A stretch of DNA of 64,000 nt from a virus, in the IMG/VR virus record IMGVR_UViG_3300021400_001206, positions 11,782-75,781 of that record; one strand, written 5' to 3'. The notes below the pieces were generated by a model. The model was given only the letters and a program-made list of their open reading frames with translations, was not told the DNA's origin and did not search any database. Shown piece by piece: positions 1-11,587 of this stretch (position 1 is the first letter of the stretch; each line of letters opens with the position of its first letter). A program made the position numbers and the translations under genes.

Positions 1-814
1 ACATAAAGTATATGTTATTTGTTTGGGAGACCCATTCCAGTTGCCACCTATTGATAAAGATGAAGATAATCATCTATTAGATAATCCTCATATCTTTCTT
101 GATGAAATTATGAGACAGGAAGAAGATTCTGAAATTATTCAGCTTACTATGAAAATTAGAAATCAAGAATCAATTGATTATTTTAATGGTAATGAAGTAA
201 AAATTATTCCTTATTCAGATTTAAATACTGGAGTGCTACAATGGGGAGACCAAGTTCTAACTGCAACAAATGCAAAGCGACGAGCAATTAATAACCAGAT
301 GCGCGCATTACAAGGAAGAACTGGAGAGCCTGTTGATGGAGATAAAATTATATGTCTCCGCAATTACTGGGATGATTCAAGTTTAAATGGTGATGCTCTA
401 ATTAATGGAACTATTGGTATTCTTCAAAATAGTTTTCGTACTTGGAGAGAAATTCCCAGATTTATACAAAGTGATATAAGAAAATTTGATGTTTTAGTTG
501 GCGATTTAGTTGTACCAGAAACTAATGATGTTTATGAAATGACAGAAATGGATCGTCAAATGATTATTACTGGAGAAAAATGTTGTGATTGGCGACTATC
601 TTATAAATTAGGTAAGTTGCGTTCTAAATATGGAGAAATTGTTCCTAAAGAGTTTACATACGCTTATGCTATTACAACTCACAAAAGTCAAGGTAGTGAA
701 TGGGATAAGGTAGTTGTTCTTGAAGAAAAGTTTCCGTTTGATAAAAATGAACATGCTCGATGGCTATACACAGCTTGCACGAGAGCCAGTGAAAAATTAG
801 TTTTAGTGAGGTAA
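1..814 (+). CDS. RecD/Dda-like superfamily 1 helicase, C-terminal part (gene continues off the left edge; frame is open to position 2)
   Basis: VYVICLGDPFQLPPI, TTHKSQGSEWDKVVV and TACTRASEKLVLV motifs are typical of RecD-like helicase C-terminal domains. The ORF is open upstream of the annotated 23 start. Confidence 0.75.
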   Translation, partial: HKVYVICLGDPFQLPPIDKDEDNHLLDNPHIFLDEIMRQEEDSEIIQLTMKIRNQESIDYFNGNEVKIIPYSDLNTGVLQWGDQVLTATNAKRRAINNQMRALQGRTGEPVDGDKIICLRNYWDDSSLNGDALINGTIGILQNSFRTWREIPRFIQSDIRKFDVLVGDLVVPETNDVYEMTEMDRQMIITGEKCCDWRLSYKLGKLRSKYGEIVPKEFTYAYAITTHKSQGSEWDKVVVLEEKFPFDKNEHARWLYTACTRASEKLVLVR

Positions 815-817
815 AAT

Positions 818-970
818 ATGTCTAAAAATAATATATTAACTTTTGCCACATCTTTTAGAGGAGATAATCTCACTAAAGAAGAAAAATGTGCTTTAGAGCA
901 TTTGCTTGAAATAATGGCAGCTGTGAAGCAACAAATTTTATTAAGAAAATTATTAATAAATAAAATTTAA
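818..970 (+). CDS. hypothetical small protein (50 aa)
   Basis: ATG preceded by GTGAGGTAAAAT RBS immediately after the helicase stop. Confidence 0.45.
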   Translation: MSKNNILTFATSFRGDNLTKEEKCALEHLLEIMAAVKQQILLRKLLINKI

Positions 971-1001
971 AATATAAAATTAGTATTAGTGAGGTAATAA
1001 T

Positions 1002-1340
1002 ATGACTACAGGTATATTTAATGCAAAAATAAAACGTGCTAATTTAATTAAAGATATAGATACGAATAAAATAGTCTTAAAATTAGAAATAAAATCAACA
1101 GCAGGAACTGCTTGTTTAACATTTTCTGTTGATGATTTAATTAAAATTTTTTCTATATTAGAAATTGAAAATTTTGATGAAATAATTGGTCAACCCTGTT
1201 TAGTATTAATTAATGATGGTATTATGAAAGATATTGGTAATTTTATGTTCCGTCATTATGATTTTATTAAAGAACCATTAAAAGAAGAATCAAAATATTG
1301 GGTACTTAATGATCCAATTAGATTAAAAATATATGAATAA
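1002..1340 (+). CDS. hypothetical protein (112 aa)
   Basis: ORF with RBS GTGAGGTAATAAT upstream. Confidence 0.5.
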   Translation: MTTGIFNAKIKRANLIKDIDTNKIVLKLEIKSTAGTACLTFSVDDLIKIFSILEIENFDEIIGQPCLVLINDGIMKDIGNFMFRHYDFIKEPLKEESKYWVLNDPIRLKIYE

Positions 1341-1516
1341 AAAATTTGACAAACTTAAAAATTTTTTATATAATATAATTGTAAGAAATAAATATTATGA
1401 AAGAGAGGTACGGTCCAATGGTTTAAATAGTTGTAACTCGTTAACATATTGAACCGATATAATATGGAGGGTACTCCAATGGACAGGATAGCTTAAATAT
1501 TTATTTTTATATGACT

Positions 1517-1550
1517 AGTCAAGCGGGGCAACTCGCTTGACTTTTTTATT
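1517..1550 (+). terminator. intrinsic terminator (hairpin AGTCAAGCG-gggcaact-CGCTTGACT plus T-run)
   Basis: Perfect 9-bp stem followed by TTTTTTATTTATTTATTTT. Confidence 0.6.
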
Positions 1551-1598
1551 TATTTATTTTATAATATAATTATATTATAATGTGAAAGAGGTAAAGTG

Positions 1599-4500
1599 AT
1601 GGTCAAGAGATTTGAGGTGCACTCTCACTCAGAATTTTCAAACATAAGATTATTAGATTGCATTAATAAAATTCCAGCACTTATTGATAGAGCAATAGAA
1701 ATTGGTTTAAGTGGGATAGCTCTTACTGACCATGAATGTTTAAGTGGTGCTCCGCAAGCAAACTTCTATGCTCAAGAAATTTTAAAGACTCATCCAGATT
1801 TTAAAGTAGCATTAGGAAATGAAATATATTTAACTCCTGATAGAGAAATGGGACAAAAATATTATCATTTTATTTTAATTGCAAAAAACAAAACTGGATT
1901 TAGAGCATTAAGAGAACTTTCTTCAAGAGCATGGATGAACAGTTATTGGGATAGAGGTCTTGAAAGAGTTCCTACAACATATGATGAACTTGAGGAGATT
2001 GTTAATAAATATCCAAATAGTTTAATTGCAACAACAGCTTGTCTTGGTGGAGAAGTTTCTTCTCAACTTCTAAATCTCATAAAAGCAGAAAAGCATGATG
2101 ATAAAATAGAAACCGCCGAAGCCCATAATGATATTGTGGATTTTATCTTATGGTGCAAGCGTCTTTTTGGTGATGACTTTTATATCGAGTGCGCGCCAGG
2201 TCAATCAAATGAACAGGTTATGGTTAATAGACGTCTTAAGGCTGTGGCTGCCGCTTTTAATTGTAAAATGGTTCTTGGATCAGATGCTCATTATCTTAAA
2301 AAAGAAGATAGATATGTACATAAGGCGTATCTTAACTCAAAAGGTGGAGAGCGTGAAGTTGATGCATTCTATGAATATGCATATCTTCAAGATGAAAATG
2401 ATATAAAAGAAAACATTTTACCATCTGAATTAAACTATGATGAGTTAGTTTTTAACTCATATGAAATTTATAATAAGATTAAGAACTATGATATTAGACA
2501 TCAACAAACAATTCCAAAAGTAAAGGTAAAAGATTATAGACCTTATTATTTTGATTCTAAACTTAGAAGTTTTGATAAACAAGACCAAGCTAAAGAATTT
2601 TCAGAAAAATATCCAACATTAGTATCTTTATATGAAAGTGATAATATTTATCATAGATATTGGATAAATGAATGTGTTCAAAAACTTCATCAAATAGATG
2701 AATTTAATGATGTATATTTATCTCGATTAGAAGAAGAAGCAGATATTAAAAAAACTATTAGTGAAAAATTAGGAACTAATATGTTTAGTTATCCAATAAC
2801 TCTTCAACACTATGTTGATCTCTTTTGGGAGTGCGGAAGTACAGTTGGTGCGGGACGTGGCTCATCTTGTTCAGGTTTAAATCATTATCTTTTAGGCATT
2901 ACTCAGCTTGACCCAATTAAATGGGATCTTCCGTTCTGGCGTTATCTTAATAAAGAACGTGTTGAGTTAGGCGACATAGACTTAGATCTTTGCCCCTCAA
3001 AACGTCCATTAATTCTTCAAAAGATAAAAGAAGAACGTGGTCAGAATTTTAATAAAGATATTGATGATTTAAGTAGAAAAAACCTTGGTTGTACACTTAT
3101 TGCGACTTTTGGTACAGAAGGAACTAAATCAGCAGTATTAACAGCTTGCCGCGGTTACCGCTCAGAAGATTTTCCAGACGGGATTGATGTTGATACAGCT
3201 CAGTTTTTATCTTCTTTAATTCCAAGTGAAAGAGGTTTCTTATGGCCTCTTAAAGATGTTGTCTATGGAAATAAAGACAAAGATAGAAAACCAATTGCGC
3301 CTTTTATTTCAGAAATTAATTTATATCCTGGTTTATTAGATATTGCAATGGCGATTGAAGGATTGATAAATAAAAGGTCTAGTCATGCTTCTGGTGTTAT
3401 TCTTTTTGATGAAGATCCATATGAATTTGGATGTTTTATGAAAACTCCAAAAGGAGAAATTATAACTCAATGGGATCTTCATAAATGTGAAGCATGTGGC
3501 ATGACAAAATACGACTTCCTTGTAACGGAAGTTCAAGATAAAATTGTTCAAACAATTAAACTTCTTCAAGAAAATAATAAAATTGATAAAGACCTTTCTC
3601 TAAGAGAGGTATATGATAAGTATCTTCATCCAGAAGTTTTACCTTTAGAAGACAAAAGAATATGGAAAGCTCTTCAAAATAACAGTGTTTTAAATGTTTT
3701 CCAGTTTGATTCAGATGTAGGGTCACAAGCCGCAAAGAAAATTAAACCAACTAATATTCTTGAAATGGCGGATGCCAATGGTTTAATGCGTCTTATGACA
3801 TCTGAAAAAGGTGAAGAGACACCTATGGAAAAATATATTCGTTATAAAAATAATATCTCATTATGGTATCAAGAAATGAATCGAGCAGGTTTAACAAAAG
3901 AAGAGCAAACATTTATTGAACCATATTTTAAACAGTCTTATGGAGTTCCGCCATCACAAGAACAATTAATGAAAATGTTGATGGATAAAAATATTTGTAA
4001 CTTCTCATTAAAAGAAGCTAATGCCGCACGTAAAATTGTTGGTAAAAAACAAATGGCAAAAATTCCAGAATTACATCAAAAGATATTAGATACAGCCTCC
4101 AGTTCATCTCTTGGTAAATACGTTTGGAAATGCGGTGTTGGTCCTCAGATGGGATATTCGTTTTCTATTATTCATGCTCTTGCTTATTCTTTTATTGGAG
4201 TTCAGACAATTTATTTAGCGACTAATTGGAATCCAATTTATTGGAATACTGCATGTTTAATCATTAATAGCGCTTCTCTTGAAGATAATGATGAAGACGA
4301 TGATGAAGATAACACTAAAGATAAATCTACTGATTATTCTAAATTAGCAAAAGCTATTGGAGATATAACTTCAAAAGGAATTAAAGTATCATTAATTGAT
4401 ATTAATAAATCTGGATATAGTTTTGAACCAGATGAAGAAAATAATGAAATTCTTTTTGGATTAAAAGGTGTTAATAAAATTGGTGGGCCAGTCATTGATA

Positions 4501-5564
4501 AGATTATTGGCGGTCGCCCATACACTGGAATTATTGATTTTATGAATAGATGCCCGCTAAATAAAACTCAAATGATTTCATTAATTAAGTCAGGAGCTTT
4601 TGACAAGGTTGATAACAATTGGGCATCAGAAATTTGTAAAAAAAACCCAAGATATGCAATAATGGCATATTATATATCAATAGCTAGTGAACCAAAGAAA
4701 AAATTAACATTACAAAATTTTAATGGATTATTAAAAAATAAATTAATTCCAGAAGATTTACTTAAGCAACAACAAATTTTTATATTTAATAAATTTCTTA
4801 AAGAAAATAAAAAAGTTGGTAAATACTATGTTTTTGATGAAGGTTCTTTAAATTTTTATTCTTATTATTTTGACTTAAATGAATTAGATGTTATTAATGG
4901 AATCACTTGTATTCTTCAAAGTAAATGGGATAAAATTTATAAAAGAGAAATGGATGAAGTTAGAGATTGGTTAAAAGAAAATCAAGAAGAGATTTTAAAT
5001 CAATATAATAACTTATTGTTTAAAGAAACTTGGAATAAATATGCAACTGGAAATGTCTCTGCTTGGGAAATGGAAAGCTTATGTTTTTATTATCATGAAC
5101 ATGAATTACTTAATATTGATAATTATAAATATGGAATTGTAAACTTTTCATCTCTGCCAGAAGAACCAGTGGTTGATTATTTCTTTAAGAGGGGAGATAG
5201 AAAAATTCCAATCTTTAAATTATATAGAATTGCTGGAACAATTATTAGTAAAAATAATACTAAAGCATCTATTACAATTTTAACAACAGATGGAGTTGTA
5301 AATGTAAAATTTACAAAAGAATATTATGCTATGTTTAATCGTCAAATTTCTGAAAAGCAACCAGATGGTACTAAAAAAGTATTAGAAAAAGGTTGGTTTT
5401 CTCGTGGCACAAAAGTTTTAATCACAGGATTTAGACGAGAAGATACCTTTGTAGCAAAAACCTATAAAGCGACTCCTACTCATCAATTATATAGAATTAT
5501 TAATGTAAATAATAAAAAAATTACCTTAGAACATGAAAGGATAAACGCAAATGTAGAAAATTAA
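1599..5564 (+). CDS. dnaE: DNA polymerase III alpha subunit (DnaE-like, PHP domain N-terminus), 1321 aa, no in-frame TAG
   Basis: N-terminal PHP motifs HSHSEFS, LTDHE and GSDAHY. Size is typical of PolIII alpha. RBS AAAGAGGTAAAG. Confidence 0.8.
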   Translation: MVKRFEVHSHSEFSNIRLLDCINKIPALIDRAIEIGLSGIALTDHECLSGAPQANFYAQEILKTHPDFKVALGNEIYLTPDREMGQKYYHFILIAKNKTGFRALRELSSRAWMNSYWDRGLERVPTTYDELEEIVNKYPNSLIATTACLGGEVSSQLLNLIKAEKHDDKIETAEAHNDIVDFILWCKRLFGDDFYIECAPGQSNEQVMVNRRLKAVAAAFNCKMVLGSDAHYLKKEDRYVHKAYLNSKGGEREVDAFYEYAYLQDENDIKENILPSELNYDELVFNSYEIYNKIKNYDIRHQQTIPKVKVKDYRPYYFDSKLRSFDKQDQAKEFSEKYPTLVSLYESDNIYHRYWINECVQKLHQIDEFNDVYLSRLEEEADIKKTISEKLGTNMFSYPITLQHYVDLFWECGSTVGAGRGSSCSGLNHYLLGITQLDPIKWDLPFWRYLNKERVELGDIDLDLCPSKRPLILQKIKEERGQNFNKDIDDLSRKNLGCTLIATFGTEGTKSAVLTACRGYRSEDFPDGIDVDTAQFLSSLIPSERGFLWPLKDVVYGNKDKDRKPIAPFISEINLYPGLLDIAMAIEGLINKRSSHASGVILFDEDPYEFGCFMKTPKGEIITQWDLHKCEACGMTKYDFLVTEVQDKIVQTIKLLQENNKIDKDLSLREVYDKYLHPEVLPLEDKRIWKALQNNSVLNVFQFDSDVGSQAAKKIKPTNILEMADANGLMRLMTSEKGEETPMEKYIRYKNNISLWYQEMNRAGLTKEEQTFIEPYFKQSYGVPPSQEQLMKMLMDKNICNFSLKEANAARKIVGKKQMAKIPELHQKILDTASSSSLGKYVWKCGVGPQMGYSFSIIHALAYSFIGVQTIYLATNWNPIYWNTACLIINSASLEDNDEDDDEDNTKDKSTDYSKLAKAIGDITSKGIKVSLIDINKSGYSFEPDEENNEILFGLKGVNKIGGPVIDKIIGGRPYTGIIDFMNRCPLNKTQMISLIKSGAFDKVDNNWASEICKKNPRYAIMAYYISIASEPKKKLTLQNFNGLLKNKLIPEDLLKQQQIFIFNKFLKENKKVGKYYVFDEGSLNFYSYYFDLNELDVINGITCILQSKWDKIYKREMDEVRDWLKENQEEILNQYNNLLFKETWNKYATGNVSAWEMESLCFYYHEHELLNIDNYKYGIVNFSSLPEEPVVDYFFKRGDRKIPIFKLYRIAGTIISKNNTKASITILTTDGVVNVKFTKEYYAMFNRQISEKQPDGTKKVLEKGWFSRGTKVLITGFRREDTFVAKTYKATPTHQLYRIINVNNKKITLEHERINANVEN

Positions 5565-6126
5565 AGTTCTTGCGCTTTTTGGAGAGTCTGGTGCTGGGAA
5601 AGATACTATCCAGCACTGGCTCGAATGGTACTTAAAAGATGCCGTACATGGAATAGTATCTTATACAACAAGACCGCGACGTAGCTATGAAGTTGAAGGT
5701 CGTGATTATTATTTTATATCAGAAGATAAATTTTTTAATTAGATGGAAAACAATAAAATACTCGAATTCACTTGTTTTAATGGTTGGTTCTATGGCACCT
5801 CTGTTAATGAATTAAAAAAAGATAAAATTAATATAGGAGTTTTTAATCCTCAAGGTGTTCGAAGTTTATTAGCTCATTCAGATATTATAGAAGTTCTTCC
5901 AGTTTGGATTAAAGCAAATGAAAAACAAAGACTTTTACGTTCTTTAAAAAGAGAAATTTGTCCAGACTGTGCAGAAATTTGCCGTCGGTTTTTAGCAGAT
6001 CAAAAGGATTTCCAAGGAATTAATTTTGAATATGAATTCTTTTTAAATGATACAGATACAGACTATTGGACAGACTTTTTTAATAGACCAAAAATTGCAG
6101 CTTTTTTAAAGGACAAAAATGATTAA
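5551..6126 (+). CDS. guanylate kinase-like (d)NMP kinase, read through two in-frame TAG codons (5554, 5740)
   Basis: P-loop LFGESGAGKDT plus SYTTRPRRSYEVEGRDYYF guanylate-kinase signature. Start ATG-TAG overlaps the dnaE stop. The track ORF 5743-6126 is the C-terminal part in the same frame. Confidence 0.65.
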
Positions 6127-6194
6127 TTTTATTAAAAGTTTTTTATAATATATAGTAACCCTAAAAATATTTTATCTAACTAGGAGGATATATT

Positions 6195-8504
6195 ATGATT
6201 TATATAATCAAAAGAGATGGTAGACAAATGCCATTTGACACACAAAAAATTAAAAATGCAATTTTAAAATCTTTTAAAGCAGTAGATGGATAGATTTCTG
6301 AATATGCTGAAACAAAAGCATAGAATATAGCAAACTACATTGAAGGCTATTGTGAAGAAGAAACTCATCCATTGTCTATTGAAGAAATTCAAGATTTAGT
6401 AGAAAACGGATTAATGTCTACTAAAAGAAAAGATGTAGCAAAAGCGTACATTAAATATCGTGAAGAAAGAACAAGAGAAAGAAATTGGAATAATAAAATG
6501 ATGCGGGCGGCGCAAGAAAAACTTGCAGGTTCTAAAATTGATAATCAAAACGCCAATGTTGATGAACATTCATTTGGCGGGCGCCGCGGCGAGTTTGATT
6601 CAATTATTTCCAAACAATATGCTCTTGATAATTGCATGTCAAAAATGGCTAGAGAAAACCATCTAAATAATGAAATTTATATTCATGATTTAGATGCATA
6701 TGCAGTTGGTATGCATAATTGTCTATCAGTGCCTTTTGATGATTTATTAGCAAAAGGATTTAATACTCGTCAAACAGACGTAAGACCAGCAAATTCAATT
6801 AATACAGCTTTTCAACTTGTTGCGGTAATATTCCAACTACAAAGCTTACAACAATTTGGAGGTGTATCAGCAACTCACTTAGATTGGACAATGGTTCCAT
6901 ATGTACGAAAAAGTTTTTGGAAACATTATTGTGATGGTCTAAAATATGTTGCAAGATGGGATCAAGAATCTATTAATAGTGAAAAAAATAGTAGAATCAA
7001 TTTTTTAGATTTCCCTATTAATGATACTGATTTTTATGAAGTGCAAAGCGCTTATTTATATGCGATGGATATGACTGAACGTGAACTTCAACAAGCGGTT
7101 GAAGGTATGTACCATAATCTTAATACATTACAAAGTAGAAGTGGTAATCAATTGCCCTTTACTTCAATTAATTATGGAACTTGTACTCTTCCAGAAGGAA
7201 GAATGGTTATTAAAGCTTTACTTGAGGGTAGCATAAAAGGAAATGGTAAATTTCATAAAACATCAATTTTCCCTTGTGGAATCTTTCAAGTAATGAAAGG
7301 TGTTAATAAAGAACCAGGGACTCCAAATTACGATTTATATAGATTAGCTCTTAAATCAACAGCAAAAAGATTATATCCAAATTATGCTAATGTTGATTGG
7401 AGCGGCAATGCTGGTTATGATATAAATGATCCAACTACTTATTTTTCAACAATGGGATGTCGTACAGCAAATGGAGCAGATATAAACGCAGAACCAGGAG
7501 TAAATCCACAGCGTAAAGATGGGCGCGGTAATATTTGTCCTGTAACAATTATTCTTCCCACTCTTGCTAAAAAGGCAGAAGATACTTTTGCTGTACATAA
7601 TTATACAAAAAATAAAACAACATTTGATAAAATTGAAATTTTTATGAATATTCTTGACCAAAAAATTGATGAAGCAAAAGATATGCTTCTTGAAAGATTT
7701 GAATATATCTGTTCTCAATCGCCTGAATCCGCGAAGTTTATGTGGGAAAATAATACTATGTTAGGTTATAAACCTGAAGAAGGAATTAGATCCGCACTTA
7801 AACATGGCACATTAGCTCTTGGTCAGCTTGGCTTAGCAGAAACTCTTCAAATTCTTATAGGTAAAGATCATACAACAGAAGAAGGTATGAAATTGGCTAA
7901 AGAAATTGAACAGTTATTTAAAGATAGATGTGCTGAATTTAAACAAAAATATCATTTAAATTTTGGTGTTTATATGACTCCTGCTGAGAATCTTTGCTAT
8001 ACCGCAATGAAAAAATTTAAAGACAAGTATGGAGAAATCCCAAATGTAAGTGATAAAGAATTTTTCACAAATTCTATTCATGTTCCTGTTTGGAAAGAAA
8101 TTGACCCATTTACAAAAATTGATATTGAAAGTCAATTAACTGGATATAGTTCTGCTGGTTGCATCACATACGTAGAATTAGATAGTGGTATTTTACATAA
8201 TATTGATGCACTTGAACAAATTGTTAATTATGCTATGGATAAAGATATTCCTTATTTTGCTTTAAATGTTCCAAATGATTTATGTTTAAATTGCGGATAC
8301 ACTGGAGAAATTAATAATGAATGTCCAATGTGTGGAGGAACAAATATTTAGAGATTACGTAGAGTTACAGGATATTTAACAGGAGATTATAAGACAGCCT
8401 TTAATCTTGGAAAACAACAGGAAACAGAAATGAGATTTAAACATTCATCCTTATTAAGAGGACAACGTCGTTATATGGGAGCAATGGAAGATTATGTGTG
8501 TTAA
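6195..8504 (+). CDS. nrdD: anaerobic ribonucleoside-triphosphate reductase NrdD (class III), read through 3 in-frame TAGs (6291, 6321, 8349)
   Basis: N-terminal ATP-cone (IIKRDGRQMPFDTQKIKNAI). The glycyl-radical motif RVTGYL lies only downstream of the TAG at 8349. RBS TAGGAGGATAT. Confidence 0.85.
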
Positions 8505-9054
8505 AAAATCAGCTCTCGCAGGAATCTTAATTGGATTGGGGGTTATTATTAACCTTCAATCTTCAGTTCCTGCTTTAGGAGCTTTATTATTTAGTTTTGG
8601 ACTTTTAACAATAATTAATATGCAATTAAATTTATTTACTGGAAAAATTGGTTTCTATTCTAAAGCAACATTAGAATAGCAAAAAACTTTAGCTACAATA
8701 TTATTATTTAATTGCATTGCAATAGCAGCTACAATAGGTTTTTATGCTTTAGGAAATCCAGATTTTGTTAATATTATATCTGCGGCTGGCGCAACTAAAT
8801 TTGCTAAAAGCGCATTAACTTTATTTGTAAATGCTAGTTTCTGTGGAATGTTAATTCATTTTGCTGTAAAAAATAAAGTAACTATATTAACAATTTTTGC
8901 AATTATGATTTTTATTCTTATTGGAGCAGAGCATTGTATAGCAGATTTTCCTTATCTGTTATTCAATTTGTCTTTAATAAATATTTTTAAATTTATGGCT
9001 ATTGTTCTTGGTAATTCACTAGGAGCAATATTAATTGAGGAGTTAAGTAAATAA
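8494..9054 (+). CDS. small membrane protein with FNT (formate/nitrite transporter)-like motifs, read through TAG at 8680
   Basis: NLFTGK and GAEHCIADF resemble the FNT signatures ELFTGN and EHSIANM. Track ORFs 8494-8679 and 8848-9054 are in the same frame. Hydrophobic. Confidence 0.45.
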
Positions 9055-9056
9055 AA

Positions 9057-9542
9057 ATGGATAGATATGCAGGTTTAATAAAAAATGACTTCGCAAATGG
9101 GACTGGCACTTGTGTTTCATTTTGGACACAAGGTTGCCCACATCATTGTCCAGGTTGTCAAAATCCTGAAACATGGAATTTCAATGGCGGCAAAGAGACC
9201 CCCGCTGATATACGAGGACAAATTATTAAAGCAATCTGTGCAAATAATATTACAAGAAACTTTTCTGTTTTAGGGGGAGAACCCCTATGTAAAGAGAATT
9301 TAGAAGAAGTTGATAAAATTATTACAAGTGTAAGGACTGCTTTTCCACAAATCAAAATTTTTGTTTGGACAGGCTATCTTTTGGAAGATTTAAAAAAGAA
9401 ACATAATGATAAGATTAATCATATATTATCTCAAATTGATGTTTTAATAGACGGTCCTTACATTGAAGCAGAAAGAGATATTACACTTGAATTACGTGGC
9501 AGTAAAAATCAAAGAGTCTTATATCAAGGTCTTGATTTTTAA
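9057..9542 (+). CDS. nrdG: anaerobic ribonucleotide reductase activating protein NrdG (radical SAM)
   Basis: CPHHCPGC radical-SAM cysteine motif, ~160 aa, immediately downstream of nrdD. Confidence 0.8.
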   Translation: MDRYAGLIKNDFANGTGTCVSFWTQGCPHHCPGCQNPETWNFNGGKETPADIRGQIIKAICANNITRNFSVLGGEPLCKENLEEVDKIITSVRTAFPQIKIFVWTGYLLEDLKKKHNDKINHILSQIDVLIDGPYIEAERDITLELRGSKNQRVLYQGLDF

Positions 9543-9564
9543 TTAAATAAGAAGGAGTTTTCTA

Positions 9565-9951
9565 ATGAAAGAAACTAATAAACATGATGTTTCATTAGGA
9601 ACATTATATGATTTTAATAAACAATTAATATTACGACAAGGTAAGCTAACTGGTAAAAAAATTGAATCAATTAAAAAAGAATTAGAAGATTGGTTTAATT
9701 GGCAAATTGATGGATATGCTATGCTACTTTGTCGAGAAAGATATGATTTTACAGTATTCCATTTATATGAGAAATTAAACCGCAACCCACCTGCGGTTGC
9801 CGCAAATGAACTCATTGACATATTAAAAAATAGAGGAAGAATCCTTTCAATAGAACAAGAAGAAGATAAATGGGAAATTTGGTTAGAAATTGGCGGAGAA
9901 GCATTTGCCTACTATTTATTTAATTGTGATGATTGGGTTATCCAATGTTAA
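9565..9951 (+). CDS. hypothetical protein (128 aa)
   Basis: ORF with AAGAAGGAG RBS. Confidence 0.5.
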   Translation: MKETNKHDVSLGTLYDFNKQLILRQGKLTGKKIESIKKELEDWFNWQIDGYAMLLCRERYDFTVFHLYEKLNRNPPAVAANELIDILKNRGRILSIEQEEDKWEIWLEIGGEAFAYYLFNCDDWVIQC

Positions 9952-9960
9952 GGAGAAAAT

Positions 9961-10221
9961 ATGAAAAAGATTATAGGAATTATTCATCCTTTTGACTTAT
10001 ACCAAACTCTTTACGTCTATTAGGATGGAAATAAATTAGAAGTAAGAAAAGTTAAAACAGGAGATATTCCAGAAACAATATTTGAATTATCTTAGATTTA
10101 TGATACTTATCAAATTGATTTAACTGGAGCTAAACATTATAATCTAGGTATTATAAAACAAATACAAGAAAAAGAATTATTAAGATACAATAAAAATAAA
10201 TTAACTATAAAATGTATTTAA
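9961..10221 (+). CDS. hypothetical protein (~86 aa) with two in-frame TAGs (10021, 10093)
   Basis: ATG after AAGGAGAAAAT RBS. Continuous frame to TAA at 10219 if TAG is a sense codon. Confidence 0.4.
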
Positions 10222-10231
10222 AGGAGATAAT

Positions 10232-10477
10232 ATGTCAAAATATTTAGTAAGTACAGTAGAAACATATAGAGTTGATACAGAAGCAGAAGCAACAAAAGCA
10301 ATAGAAGAAGCAAAAAATGATAACGCATATGTTCTTGGTAAATATACAAGCGAACATAAAACTCGCAAAGCAAAAGGTGAAATTGTTGATGAATATTGGA
10401 AGTTATCTTTAACAAAATTGTTCAATGATATTAAGGAACCTGAGTCTATTGTTAATATTGATTACGAGGTAGAATAA
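10232..10477 (+). CDS. hypothetical protein (81 aa)
   Basis: ORF with AAGGAGATAAT RBS. Stop overlaps the dut start (TAATG). Confidence 0.5.
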   Translation: MSKYLVSTVETYRVDTEAEATKAIEEAKNDNAYVLGKYTSEHKTRKAKGEIVDEYWKLSLTKLFNDIKEPESIVNIDYEVE

Positions 10478-10926
10478 TGGAATATTGGGTAGATGTAAAA
10501 GTAAAAAAACTTAATGATTTAGCTAAGTTTCCAACAAGAGGAAGCGAACATGCGGCAGGATATGATTTGTATGCGGCAACCGATGGGCCTGTTTATATTT
10601 TGCCTCATTCCACAATGAAGATTGGAACAGGTCTTTCTTTTTAGATCCCAGACTGGACTTTTGCAGCGATTTTTGCTAGATCAGGCATTGCTGCAAAACA
10701 AGGTCTTCGTCCTGCAAATTGTGTAGGCATATGCGATAGTGACTATCGTGGATAGTATATTGTAGCTATTCATAATGATACAGATGAGGTTCAAACTATT
10801 GTGTCTCAATAGCGAATTGCTCAGATGATTCTTCTTCCTTATATTGAAATGAATTTTTATGAAACAGATAATTTATCTGAGACAGAGCGTGGAGACGGCG
10901 GATTTGGCTCAACTGGTAAACAATAA
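10477..10926 (+). CDS. dut: dUTP diphosphatase (dUTPase), read through 3 in-frame TAGs
   Basis: Motifs GSEHAAGYDL, RSG, VGICDSDYRG-(TAG)-Y, RIAQMI and RGDGGFGSTG. The TAG after DSDYRG aligns with Gln of E. coli DSDYQGQ. Confidence 0.85.
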
Positions 10927-10927
10927 A

Positions 10928-10968
10928 AAAGAGGGTAGATGATTTAATCATCTACCCTTTTATTTTTT
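10928..10968. terminator. bidirectional intrinsic terminator between convergent early (+) and late (-) operons
   Basis: AGGGTAGATGAtttaaTCATCTACCCT hairpin flanked by A-run and T-run. Confidence 0.7.
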
Positions 10969-11524
10969 ATTCATTATTCATTGGTAAATTAGTTTTAATA
11001 TTTCTACCACCGTTTGCATAAGTAGCAAAATCAATTACTTGTTTATATTTATTCATATCAAAACTTTCTACAATTTTTGCGGCGGCTTCTGCATTAGCAG
11101 GTAAATCATTAATAAGTGATTGAATAATTGCCGCAACGCTCATATGATTCTGTGTTAAAGAATCTTTAATCGCATTAAGTTGTACAAAAAGTTCATTATA
11201 TTCTTCTTCATTTATAGCTTGGAAAAATTGTTCAAAGAATCCATTACTTTTTAATGTATCATATAATTTTAATTCGTCTTCTCTTTGTTTTTCAGTAAAG
11301 GAAATATTTGTATATAAATATACTAAATTTAGTTCAAAATAAAGATTTAGTTTAAATTCATTATAAATACCATTTTCCTAAGCTTTTTGTAATGTAATCA
11401 TTAATAAATCGTATTTATCTCTTGCGGGAAGGTACTGTAAAACCTAAATCTTTTGCCCGCAAAAATCAAAAGTTTTCACTTGTGTATTAACTTTTAATTT
11501 CATATTTGCATATGATACTTTCAT
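10967..11524 (-). CDS. hypothetical late protein (~185 aa, 2 TAGs)
   Basis: ATG with AAAAGGAGAA RBS. Last gene of the minus-strand operon. Confidence 0.4.
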
Positions 11525-11587
11525 ATCCAGTTCTCCTTTTAACTCTTTTTTATATTATAATATAAAATTTTTATTTTGTCAAGTTAG

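Noticed and set aside
1380-1500. Possible tRNA or ncRNA in the GGTCCAATGG...CTCCAATGGAC region upstream of dnaE
   Set aside because: No acceptor/T-arm geometry could be built. More likely leader or regulatory sequence.
2128-2406. Internal ORFs inside dnaE and nrdD (2128-2406, 3336-3569, 4334-4525, 7446-7718)
   Set aside because: Nested in or antisense to long conserved genes. No RBS. Hydrophobic low-complexity translations typical of AT-rich out-of-frame reads.
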